DNA from: Patescibacteria group bacterium | GTDB taxonomy: Bacteria > Patescibacteriota > Microgenomatia > UBA1406 | DNA: 64,000 bases | Direction of reading: 5' to 3' | Assembly (NCBI GenBank): GCA_041665145.1 | Contig: JBAYJK010000002.1 | Span: 168,339-232,338 of the forward strand | In this document: one piece after another, positions 44,640 to 52,868 of the stretch | How positions within the stretch are numbered: position 1 is the first letter of the stretch | Layout: the number at the start of each line of letters is the position of its first letter | Notes under the pieces: model-generated | Told to the model about the DNA's origin: nothing | Databases searched by the model: none | Seen by the model: the letters and a program-made list of their open reading frames with translations, nothing else | Position numbers and translations under genes: made by a program

Positions 44640-46067
44640 CTACTCGCACGTTTCAATATCCAGCTTTTCTTCTGCTATCTTTTCTTTCCATTCTTCAAGC
44701 GTAATACTACACTTCGGACATCGGTTACCAACCGGCCCGTAGGTTACACGATGGCAACTCGGACATTCAAACACCAATTCATTTCCAAACATGGCCCGAA
44801 GATAATCCGCCGGCATGTAACCGTACGCACTTTGTGCACCTCCGATTGACATTCCGCAAAACGAAAACGCTACTGAGCGTGCGCCTCCACTCAGAAATCC
44901 GTCGATTGCCGGGTTATCATATATGCTTAAATGATTACGGATGTAGCTTTTCAGGTGTGCGATATCTTTTACGCTTGGTTCATCTGTCAATACTGCAACT
45001 TGTGTATATGTATTGATAAGGGCTATTTTTTTCAGTACCGCAGCAACGTTATTAGTGAAACGATCACGACCAAGGTATAAGAGGTACCGGTCACGCTCAG
45101 ACAAAACCGCGCTTTCCTTCGGGTACTTTCGTAAATACAAATTAATCATTTTCAGGACAGCTGGGCGGGGTTCTCCTTTATCTAATGACAAAGCCATTTC
45201 AACATCAAACTGTACCAACGAATCAATAAGCGGCTGCGCTTCCGAAAGAACTACCTGCGATTTTCGGGCTACGTCTTGTGCTCCGTTTTCATATAACACC
45301 GGACTCAGCAGGCGCAGAATATCCAACCATCCACCGGTACGTACTTTTGACACCATTATCGTCTGCTCAAGCGCGTAGGAAGGACTTTTGAGATGAGCAA
45401 ACACTCCTTCCAGACCGAGAAGATTACCAATCTCCTTAATTTTTTCAAGAGTACTCCCTGTATAAAAGAACTCTATCGTCTGTTTAATTCCCGTTTGAGG
45501 GTTCAGATCATGAATCCGTACTTTACCCGCTCTTTTTTCCGGGAAATACCCCAACTCATGCGCAGTATGAGGATTCATTTCTTCGGGAAATGGAGACACG
45601 ACAATCATATAGTGGGAGTTTAGCTCCCCTGATACTGCGTACTCATTTAGTTTAACCTGTTCGTCAAGTTCCCTTTCCCGCCTCCAAATTTCCACATCAA
45701 ATGAGTTATCACCTTCCTTTAGACTTCCTGCTTTGTACTTTATACTTTCCTTACTAGCCATTCTTCGAGCTTCATCTACTCCCCTTTGAAACATCGGAAC
45801 AAGCGGTTGATTAAATGCGGAAAATTGTCCGTCGATAAATACTTGCCGAGTTACGGAAACCGACTCTTTCGAAACAGCCTCCAAGAGTGCCGTCTGTTCA
45901 TTGCACCGTGCGTATTCTAAAGCTGCCTGACGACGGCGAGGATCGTACAGCTGGCTTCGTATATCATGAATTTCTGCGAGCAACGGGTTTCGTTTAGATA
46001 AAGAAACATTATTGGTGCGCTCCACGTGGAGACGCAATGGTCCATGAAGAACCTCTGGCATAATCAT
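44640..46067 (-). CDS. orphan protein (475 aa) with a C-terminal zinc ribbon
   Basis: Long ORF. The C-terminus is CPSCHRVTYGPVGNRCPKCS. The start may be the third codon (ATG 46061). Confidence 0.55.
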   Translation of the reverse strand: MIMPEVLHGPLRLHVERTNNVSLSKRNPLLAEIHDIRSQLYDPRRRQAALEYARCNEQTALLEAVSKESVSVTRQVFIDGQFSAFNQPLVPMFQRGVDEARRMASKESIKYKAGSLKEGDNSFDVEIWRRERELDEQVKLNEYAVSGELNSHYMIVVSPFPEEMNPHTAHELGYFPEKRAGKVRIHDLNPQTGIKQTIEFFYTGSTLEKIKEIGNLLGLEGVFAHLKSPSYALEQTIMVSKVRTGGWLDILRLLSPVLYENGAQDVARKSQVVLSEAQPLIDSLVQFDVEMALSLDKGEPRPAVLKMINLYLRKYPKESAVLSERDRYLLYLGRDRFTNNVAAVLKKIALINTYTQVAVLTDEPSVKDIAHLKSYIRNHLSIYDNPAIDGFLSGGARSVAFSFCGMSIGGAQSAYGYMPADYLRAMFGNELVFECPSCHRVTYGPVGNRCPKCSITLEEWKEKIAEEKLDIETCE

Positions 46068-46129
46068 ATATTCCTGCTCGGGACTAATAATGAGTGACCG
46101 GGTGTTCTGACTTTACAGCTGCGGCACAG

Positions 46130-46227
46130 TCATGAACCACGAAGGGTTCATGATCCTGTACTCTACGTAGTACAGGATCTTGGATTTTCACCAAGTTCCC
46201 CGAAAAACATACCCCCCATGGGTATGT
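46130..46227. other. four consecutive stem-loops between divergent genes
   Basis: TCATGAACC/GGTTCATGA lies at 46130..46153. GATCCTGTACT/AGTACAGGATC lies at 46152..46179. CTTGG/CCAAG lies at 46179..46195. ACATACCC/GGGTATGT lies at 46207..46227. Confidence 0.55.
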
Positions 46228-46361
46228 GGCCTTCCCGTCCTATCAATCTAAACTATGACAGTGGCCTGTTTCACTCTCGTACGGGGTATTATAACTACTT
46301 TCAAAAAAAATGCAACGATATTTATAACCCCTCTGTTGCTTTTTTTTTGAAAATATATAGA

Positions 46362-47078
46362 ATGTCCCCTATGAACTGTCCGAGTTGCAAACATGAATTA
46401 ACACCGTCTCAGCTTGGTAGCACAGTCTATTGGGCATGTAATGCGTGTCACCTTCTCTGGTTTGATAATAAGGAGAATGATTTTTTGTCTCTCGATGAGA
46501 CGGAAATGCTTGAAAAAAAAATCGGAAAAGGCATATTTCAGTCAAAAACAATCAGTTGCCCCCGGGATGATTTGCCGCTATACAAAGATTCATATTACTA
46601 TCGGTGCTCTTCGTGTGGCGGTGTGTTTACCGAATGCTCCGGACTCGTCAAGGAAAAAACCTCGCGAGCCAAGCATTATATAGCCTCGCGACCACTTACC
46701 CTCAACCAAATCCGATCCGTGGTCGTGCTCGGAGCCATCCTGACATTTTTCGGCGCTAATTATGTTATTCTGAACACACTTAACCGCAAGACAACCATTC
46801 AGAGTCAGGCAGCCGAGCTTGTTACGAACATCCACATTAGAAATGTAAACAACAGCCAGCTCGCGTTGTTTTTTACAACAGACCGGCCATATGTATCCGT
46901 CGTGCACTTCAGGACAAAAACCAGGCAATGGAGTGTTTATATAAACAAAGAACCTCACATGGATCACTTCCTCGTATTTGATAAGCCGGATGAGCAAACA
47001 ACTGCACAGGTTACACTAAATGATGCAAACGGAACGCAGGTAAGCACCAAGGATTTGAATATTAATGAGATACGGTAG
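46362..47078 (+). CDS. zinc-ribbon (TFIIB-type zf) protein with one TM helix and an extracytoplasmic C-terminal domain
   Basis: MSPMNCPSCKHEL...YWACNACHLLWFD and a second pair, CPRDD...CSSCGG, are present. The TM is VVVLGAILTFFGANYVIL. The start choice is uncertain. Confidence 0.5.
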   Translation: MSPMNCPSCKHELTPSQLGSTVYWACNACHLLWFDNKENDFLSLDETEMLEKKIGKGIFQSKTISCPRDDLPLYKDSYYYRCSSCGGVFTECSGLVKEKTSRAKHYIASRPLTLNQIRSVVVLGAILTFFGANYVILNTLNRKTTIQSQAAELVTNIHIRNVNNSQLALFFTTDRPYVSVVHFRTKTRQWSVYINKEPHMDHFLVFDKPDEQTTAQVTLNDANGTQVSTKDLNINEIR

Positions 47079-47079
47079 A

Positions 47080-47757
47080 TTACCTTCTTAAGAGCTTCAA
47101 AACGGTCCAAGTACTGAGAGAGATCAGCACGTCAACCACTACTCCGTACCACAAACCATACCGCAAATAAGCAACATGACGCACGGCGAAGTCCTCTATA
47201 TCTTGTATTACCTTAGCGAAAGCAGGAATATAGATTATTGTGCTTATCCAAACTAAGAGAGCAATAATTATGGAAATTGCAAGAAACCCGAAGACAGCTC
47301 CTTCCAGGTCTTTTCTGGAAGAAAACATAGTGTGTGTCACCTGAATAAGAAGGTAAATATATGCAAACAGTGCCCACATGCTGTATGCAAAATAGGTAAG
47401 CACAATATATGACGCGATCCACATCAGCAGTATTCCGGTTAAAATGGGCGCGAGCCCGATTATTGTTCGGCGTATCACATCAGTCTGTTCGACCCGTATC
47501 CCGCCGAGTTTAACCGAATTATCGTCGATTATTTCAGGAACAAGATGAAGATCATCGGTTTTCACCAGCATAAATTCAGCAAACAAAAAATGACCCATTT
47601 CATGTATAAATGTTCCCGGTAGAAAAATTAGTGCCAACAGCCATACGACTGCTGAAGTACTCCGAGTAAACACAAACAGCAAGCGGGTAATCAGACGCAC
47701 ATTGAGGAGTCCTAGGAAATATATTATTACAACAGGCAGAATTAAAAAGACAACCAT
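47080..47757 (-). CDS. polytopic membrane protein with an HExxH motif (putative zincin, DUF3267-like)
   Basis: HEMGHFLFAEF follows a TM helix. The start is set at MVVFLILPVV (47757) to limit overlap with tagA. Confidence 0.5.
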   Translation of the reverse strand: MVVFLILPVVIIYFLGLLNVRLITRLLFVFTRSTSAVVWLLALIFLPGTFIHEMGHFLFAEFMLVKTDDLHLVPEIIDDNSVKLGGIRVEQTDVIRRTIIGLAPILTGILLMWIASYIVLTYFAYSMWALFAYIYLLIQVTHTMFSSRKDLEGAVFGFLAISIIIALLVWISTIIYIPAFAKVIQDIEDFAVRHVAYLRYGLWYGVVVDVLISLSTWTVLKLLRR

Positions 47758-48497
47758 TTGTTTATTCTTTCTTTTATGACAAGTGTCAAAAAAACAATCA
47801 ACCTTGTTTGGCGCACAATTCTCCATGGTTCTCTGAGCAGCCGATAGAGCCACTCCAAACCGGTATTCTGGATTATGTTTGGAGCCCGGGTTATTCTGTT
47901 CCCCAGGAAGTCAAATGCCCCTCCCACACCCATCACCATTGCCCCGCCAAATTCGTGCTTGTGCTTATCGATCCACAGCTCTTGCTGAGGCGATCCAAAA
48001 GACACAAATACCAAATGGGGCCTTGTAGTCGACACTATACGAAAAATTGCCTTTTCTTCACTTCCGGTTGGCTTGGCTATATTGGAAATACCCTGAATTC
48101 CCGCTATATTCAAGCTCGGAAAGCGACTGTTGTAGCACTTAGATACATACTCTGCCAAATTTGCCTTACCTCCAATAAGGAGAACTCGCAAGCTATATTC
48201 CGCACTTGCCTCTAGAAGTGTTTTCATGAGGTCTACACCTGTGAGGCGGGATATATGCTTCCCGGTGAGTATTCGCACTGCTGCGACAACCCCCATACCA
48301 TCGGGTATGTGACTTTGGGTTGTCACAACAACATTTCTAAAAGAATCATCCTTACGAGCTATTACTAAATTTTCAGGGTTAACTGAAATTATATGAAGAA
48401 AATCGCCATTTTCCCGTTTACCCTTTTTTATTTGCTCTAAGATATCTTCTTTTGTCAAGAGCGTGAGGGGTATTGAAAGTATGTTTGTCTTAAGCAT
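47742..48497 (-). CDS. tagA: WecB/TagA/CpsF-family glycosyltransferase (GT26)
   Basis: PDGMGVV, FGSPQQELW, GVGGAFDFLGNRITRAP and GLEWLYRLLREPWR are present. Confidence 0.85.
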   Translation of the reverse strand: MLKTNILSIPLTLLTKEDILEQIKKGKRENGDFLHIISVNPENLVIARKDDSFRNVVVTTQSHIPDGMGVVAAVRILTGKHISRLTGVDLMKTLLEASAEYSLRVLLIGGKANLAEYVSKCYNSRFPSLNIAGIQGISNIAKPTGSEEKAIFRIVSTTRPHLVFVSFGSPQQELWIDKHKHEFGGAMVMGVGGAFDFLGNRITRAPNIIQNTGLEWLYRLLREPWRIVRQTRLIVFLTLVIKERINKWLSF

Positions 48498-48749
48498 GTT
48501 TTTGCAAAACTATAAGGGTCTTCCTATTAAACGTTGGCTTCGTATTATATACAAAATTTGTACAACTACATTGTACCAAATATATATAAGTTTTGGACTT
48601 TCTTGATTGCATGAAATCGTTTTTTATTGAAATAATATCATATTCTAGATTCATGTTATAAGTATATCTATAAGATAGATTTATCAAACTTTATTCACTC
48701 GCCTTCTTTATTGAAAACTGTAAACTGTAAACTGAAAACTAATTATAGG

Positions 48750-49757
48750 TTATACCTTCCCTGCAGCCTTACGATACAACTCGAAATTTTCCGCTATCAG
48801 ACCCAAACCCCGGATGACACAAAGCAATGGGTCTTCCGCCAAGTAACACGGAATATTCAGTTCGTCGGAAAGAAATTTATCCAGGTTATGCAGCAATGAT
48901 GTACCTCCCGACAATAAAGCTCCTTTTTCCACGATGTCTGCAGAAAGTTCAGGAGGTATGTTTTCCAATACTTTTTTTGCCGTATACATAATGCTTCTGA
49001 GTGGTTTTTGAATACTTTCACACAGTTCCCGCTCGGTGAGATCGATACTGCGTGGCAGACCTGTTCGCAAATCCCTTCCTTTTACCGGAAAGACGACATC
49101 CTCCTTAGCTTCTTTCAGATAGGCGTTTCCGTGCGTTATCTTCATTTCTTCAGCCGTACGCTCGCCGATAATGAGTGAGTGCTTCTTTTTGAGGTAGTTA
49201 ATCATAGCTTCTTCAATCTTATTTCCTGCAACACGCTCACTTTCATAAGAAACCAGTTCGCCGAGCGAGATAACTGCGGCTTCAGTTGTACCTCCTCCAA
49301 TATTGATAATCATATTACCCGATGCCTCGGCTATGGATATCTTAGCTCCAATTGCCGCCGCGATAGGCTCTTCAATAAGATAGGTGTTCTGAGCCCCGGC
49401 TGCATAACAGGCGTTTGCAACAGCCCGTTTTTCAACCTGTGTCGAACCTCCAGGAATCGAGATTACTATATCCGGCTTGAACAGAAAGTTACCTAACGCC
49501 TTGCTCAAAAAATACCGTATCATGGCACGGGTAACAACATACTCCGCAATAACGCCATCTTTCATCGGACGAGACGCCACAATGGTTCCGGGGGTACGAC
49601 CGAGCATTTCTTTCGCTTCCTCTCCTACGGCAACCACCCGCTTATCTAGAAGTGAGTACGCAACAACTGTCGGCTCGGAAACAACGACTCCCTTATGCTC
49701 AACATACACCAATGTATTTGCGGTCCCCAAATCAATTCCAACCCGTTTATTGAACAT
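48750..49757 (-). CDS. mreB: rod-shape-determining actin homologue MreB
   Basis: VGIDLGTANTLVYV and the MreB pattern throughout. The start is ATG 49757, with TATACT 6 nt upstream. Confidence 0.9.
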   Translation of the reverse strand: MFNKRVGIDLGTANTLVYVEHKGVVVSEPTVVAYSLLDKRVVAVGEEAKEMLGRTPGTIVASRPMKDGVIAEYVVTRAMIRYFLSKALGNFLFKPDIVISIPGGSTQVEKRAVANACYAAGAQNTYLIEEPIAAAIGAKISIAEASGNMIINIGGGTTEAAVISLGELVSYESERVAGNKIEEAMINYLKKKHSLIIGERTAEEMKITHGNAYLKEAKEDVVFPVKGRDLRTGLPRSIDLTERELCESIQKPLRSIMYTAKKVLENIPPELSADIVEKGALLSGGTSLLHNLDKFLSDELNIPCYLAEDPLLCVIRGLGLIAENFELYRKAAGKV

Positions 49758-49847
49758 ATAGGTAGTATAGTACAAACGAAAAAAAACAAAAAGTACAGGG
49801 CACAGAACTATTACTTAATAGTATTAAAATATATCAATATAGATCAT

Positions 49848-49980
49848 AAAGTTCTCAGTTCTTATTTTTCAGTTCTCAAAGAGTTCTCGGTTCTTAAGTA
49901 CTAAACAAACACATCTTCGTTTGAGAACTGCCACTTAAAAACTCTTTAAAAACTAAGAACTGTTACTTAAGAACTAGTAG
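49848..49980. repeat. family A palindromic intergenic element, copy 4 (inverted orientation)
   Basis: It contains ggttcttaagtactaaac, the reverse complement of the family core. Confidence 0.7.
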
Positions 49981-49999
49981 TAAGTGTTATAATATGACC

Positions 50000-51307
50000 A
50001 TGATTGTATTAAAGCGAACTGCGATGGGTATTCTCGTTTGGGCCATCATTGGAGTCATCACACTTCTTATTATCATGTTTGCCCGAGGATATCGATTTAA
50101 CCTGGATAGTAAATCTGTAAAAAGCCGCGGTATCCTTGTCGCCAACTCCCTTCCGAACAGCTCGCAAATTTACATTAATGATAAGTTTTCAAGTCTCACT
50201 CCCGACAACATATATCTTGCTCCCGGAGAATACAGCGTCCGACTGCAAAAAGAAGGCTATATTCCGTGGGAAAAGCACTATTCTATCAATGCCGAGGTTG
50301 TTTCTCGAACAGACGCCCTCTTGTTCTCAACAAATCCATCATTGAGCCCATTAACCCGGCAGGGTGTTATTAATCCCCTCCTGTCTCCCAGCAGGGAAAG
50401 CATCGTATATTTGTCGCTCCCCGACGAAAGCGATGTGCAAAGTCAGGAAAATGGAGGTATTTTTATGGCAAAAATAAGCTCAAAGACGCTTAGTTTTTTC
50501 AGACAACGTTCGATTCTTGTCCCTTATAGCAAGCTTCCTTTTGGTTTTGTTCCTGAAAAAACCAAATTCATTTTCTCCCCGGATGAAAAGAACATCCTTG
50601 TTTTTCTGTATGACGACACAGACGCACTTACCGCCGCATTGCTTATTTCGACAGGAAACCCGGGAGCAGGTTTTCTTGATGCGACAATCTCTTATGAGTC
50701 TCTGATTGAAAATTGGGAAACTCAACAAACCGAGATACAGCAACAGATTTTTGATACGCTTGGTAAGAAAGTACGCATGATTTTCGAGAATAACACCTAT
50801 CTGATAGACATCTCCCCAGCAAAGAACAAATTGCTCTACTTTGCTATGAAGCCCGCTATTCTTCCATATACCATAAACCCACCACTTATCGGTTCGGTTC
50901 CGACAGCCCAATCACGGACGCTCAAGTCAGGCGAATATTATGTGTATGACATAAAAGAAGATAAAAATTATGTAATTGATATATACTCCTCGCCGGAACG
51001 ACTCAAAACACTAAGCACGCTTGAGAAAGTTTTGGAAAATAAGGAAGTCTCGGTTGCAAATTGGCTCGATAGATATCTTGCCTTCAGTAACATATTCTGG
51101 TACAGCGATTCACGTCACGTTGTATACATGAACGGGGAAAGCATAAATATTGTTGAGTACGACAGCCAAAACAACACACTTATATACTCAGGTCCTTTTG
51201 AAACGACATTCAGCGCAGTTTCGTCGGATGGCGATCTTATTGTGTTAACCAACATTAACCCCAAGAAAAACAAGCTTCCCAACCTCTATACTGTCAGCAT
51301 CAAATAG
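50000..51307 (+). CDS. membrane-anchored PEGA-domain protein
   Basis: A TM helix is followed by a PEGA-like GILVANSLPNSSQIYINDKFSSLTPDNIYLAPGEYSVRLQKEGYIPWEK segment. The second ATG is preferred because TATAAT 49988..49993 abuts the first. Confidence 0.6.
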   Translation: MIVLKRTAMGILVWAIIGVITLLIIMFARGYRFNLDSKSVKSRGILVANSLPNSSQIYINDKFSSLTPDNIYLAPGEYSVRLQKEGYIPWEKHYSINAEVVSRTDALLFSTNPSLSPLTRQGVINPLLSPSRESIVYLSLPDESDVQSQENGGIFMAKISSKTLSFFRQRSILVPYSKLPFGFVPEKTKFIFSPDEKNILVFLYDDTDALTAALLISTGNPGAGFLDATISYESLIENWETQQTEIQQQIFDTLGKKVRMIFENNTYLIDISPAKNKLLYFAMKPAILPYTINPPLIGSVPTAQSRTLKSGEYYVYDIKEDKNYVIDIYSSPERLKTLSTLEKVLENKEVSVANWLDRYLAFSNIFWYSDSRHVVYMNGESINIVEYDSQNNTLIYSGPFETTFSAVSSDGDLIVLTNINPKKNKLPNLYTVSIK

Positions 51308-51349
51308 TCTGTCGTCACGGTGCCGACAAATTGCTACAATTAATACCAT

Positions 51350-52066
51350 ATGACTGTCGATCGGGATTTCTGGCGTATTCTTGGGTTTAGAACACTTGGT
51401 AATTTTTTTATCTTAACCAGCTTTCTGATGCTCGGAAAAACTTTTGGGCCGGTCATTTTTCAGGAAGCAGTCTACTCCATCCGGCAAGTTCGCGGCGTAA
51501 AAACAGTAGTGGCCACAACTTCCAAACTACCCGCTTCACAGCGAGGCGAGCCAGCTACAAACCCTGCTCCCAACGCTTTTCTTGCATTGATAGATAGGTT
51601 CAGTAGCGCGGAAGAAATACTTGCCCCTCCAGATCCCAACAACTCAATAATTATTCCTAAAATTGCTGCTGTCAGTAAGATCGTAGCGAATGTTGATAGC
51701 GCCAATTATGATGAATACATCGGATCGCTGAAACAAGGCGTCGCTCACGCGAGAGGAACGGCATTCCCCGGAGACGGTGGACACATTTACCTATTTGCAC
51801 ACTCCACAGACAGCATATTTAACGTCGGAGTGTATAATGCTGTTTTTTACTTGCTCTATAAGTTAGATGTAAATGATGAAATCGATTTGTTCTACCAAGG
51901 CAGAAAGTATGTTTATAAAGTTGTCGATAAGAAAACTGTTGATCCAACCGACGTACATTACATGACCCGGCAGTCGAATAAAGATTTCCTCACGTTGCAA
52001 ACATGTTGGCCACCGGGAACAACATTACAGCGATTACTTGTCTTTGCAGTTCCCGTGGTAGAATAG
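51350..52066 (+). CDS. sortase-family transpeptidase
   Basis: An N-terminal TM is present. The catalytic His context is GHIYLFAHS, followed by LTLQTCWP (TLxTC) and a downstream Arg (QRLLVFA). Confidence 0.7.
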   Translation: MTVDRDFWRILGFRTLGNFFILTSFLMLGKTFGPVIFQEAVYSIRQVRGVKTVVATTSKLPASQRGEPATNPAPNAFLALIDRFSSAEEILAPPDPNNSIIIPKIAAVSKIVANVDSANYDEYIGSLKQGVAHARGTAFPGDGGHIYLFAHSTDSIFNVGVYNAVFYLLYKLDVNDEIDLFYQGRKYVYKVVDKKTVDPTDVHYMTRQSNKDFLTLQTCWPPGTTLQRLLVFAVPVVE

Positions 52067-52074
52067 CATGTATT

Positions 52075-52146
52075 GCTTCCGTAGTTCAACGGATAGAACG
52101 AGGGTTTCCTAAACCCTAAATCCCAGTTCAATTCTGGGCGGGAGCA
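52075..52146 (+). tRNA. tRNA-Arg (anticodon CCT)
   Basis: Hand-folded: acceptor GCTTCCG/CGGGAGC, D stem GTTC/GAAC, anticodon stem AGGGT/ACCCT, loop TTCCTAA, T stem CCCAG/CTGGG with TTCAATT. 72 nt. Confidence 0.85.
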
Positions 52147-52155
52147 CATTTCGGG

Positions 52156-52210
52156 AAAATTCAAAATTCAAATATACAAATCCACAAACCAAGCTCAAAT
52201 AACAAATATT
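52156..52210. repeat. family B element, inverted orientation
   Basis: Its reverse complement, tatttgagcttggtttgtggatttgtatatttgaattttgaatttt, matches 37064..37113. Confidence 0.65.
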
Positions 52211-52213
52211 GAT

Positions 52214-52282
52214 GTCATCCCCGTGCAAACGGGGATCCAGGAATAAGAACAAACCTGGATTCCCTGTTAAGCCGGGAATGAC
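52214..52282. repeat. 70-bp multi-hairpin palindromic element, copy 2
   Basis: GTCATCCCCGTGCAAACGGGGATCCAGG...CCTGGATTCCCTGTTAAGCCGGGAATGAC. Relative to copy 1, hairpin 1 carries compensatory changes (CCCCGT/ACGGGG versus CCCCGC/GCGGGG). Confidence 0.8.
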
Positions 52283-52290
52283 ACCACAGA

Positions 52291-52851
52291 TTACAGACTC
52301 TCTTCGACAAAATCGGATATATTGAAGTCGTTCCAACTCTTTTCCGGCACCCACAGGTTACTGAAATGACGGAACTCATTCCATCCAACTGCCAATACTT
52401 GCACGTCAACCTCTTTTGTTGCTAGTTGTTGCGCCAGCTTGCCCGGTTCGGCGTCAAATTGAGTATGACCATATATAAGGACTTTCTGTCCCCTGGTTAC
52501 TTTATATTGCTCGGATAGAATTGCTCCCCGGATATGGCCTTTTGCATACGACTGCTTATCGCGAGTATCAATAATTACATATGCCAAACGGTTCTTGACA
52601 TGAGCAACCAATTGATAAGGATCTAATTTTACCTGCGATGCAACCACCCCAATTTGGCGGTTTTTCAATAATGGACTAGCTGTCTTATAGGTGAGAAAAG
52701 CAGAAATTGATGCTACCGTTACGAAAGCTACAACGCCAACCATTCTAAAACTCTTCAACAAATTTTTCCGTTTAACGACGGGTTCAACAACCAACAAACC
52801 CGTTTCAGTTTTTTTGGTGTCCGATTTTATCTTGCTTTTTTTTGTTGCCAT
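52291..52851 (-). CDS. membrane-anchored rhodanese-homology-domain protein, apparently lacking the catalytic Cys
   Basis: YVIIDTRDKQSYAKGHIRGAI is followed by VLIYGHTQ where the active-site CRxGxR loop would be. TATAAT lies 6 nt before the ATG. Confidence 0.6.
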   Translation of the reverse strand: MATKKSKIKSDTKKTETGLLVVEPVVKRKNLLKSFRMVGVVAFVTVASISAFLTYKTASPLLKNRQIGVVASQVKLDPYQLVAHVKNRLAYVIIDTRDKQSYAKGHIRGAILSEQYKVTRGQKVLIYGHTQFDAEPGKLAQQLATKEVDVQVLAVGWNEFRHFSNLWVPEKSWNDFNISDFVEESL

Positions 52852-52868
52852 TTTTTCATTATACGATA

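Noticed and set aside
52109-52409. Small minus-strand ORFs 52109..52354 and 52215..52409.
   Set aside because: They run through tRNA-Arg, the family B element and the 70-bp repeat. They are spurious.
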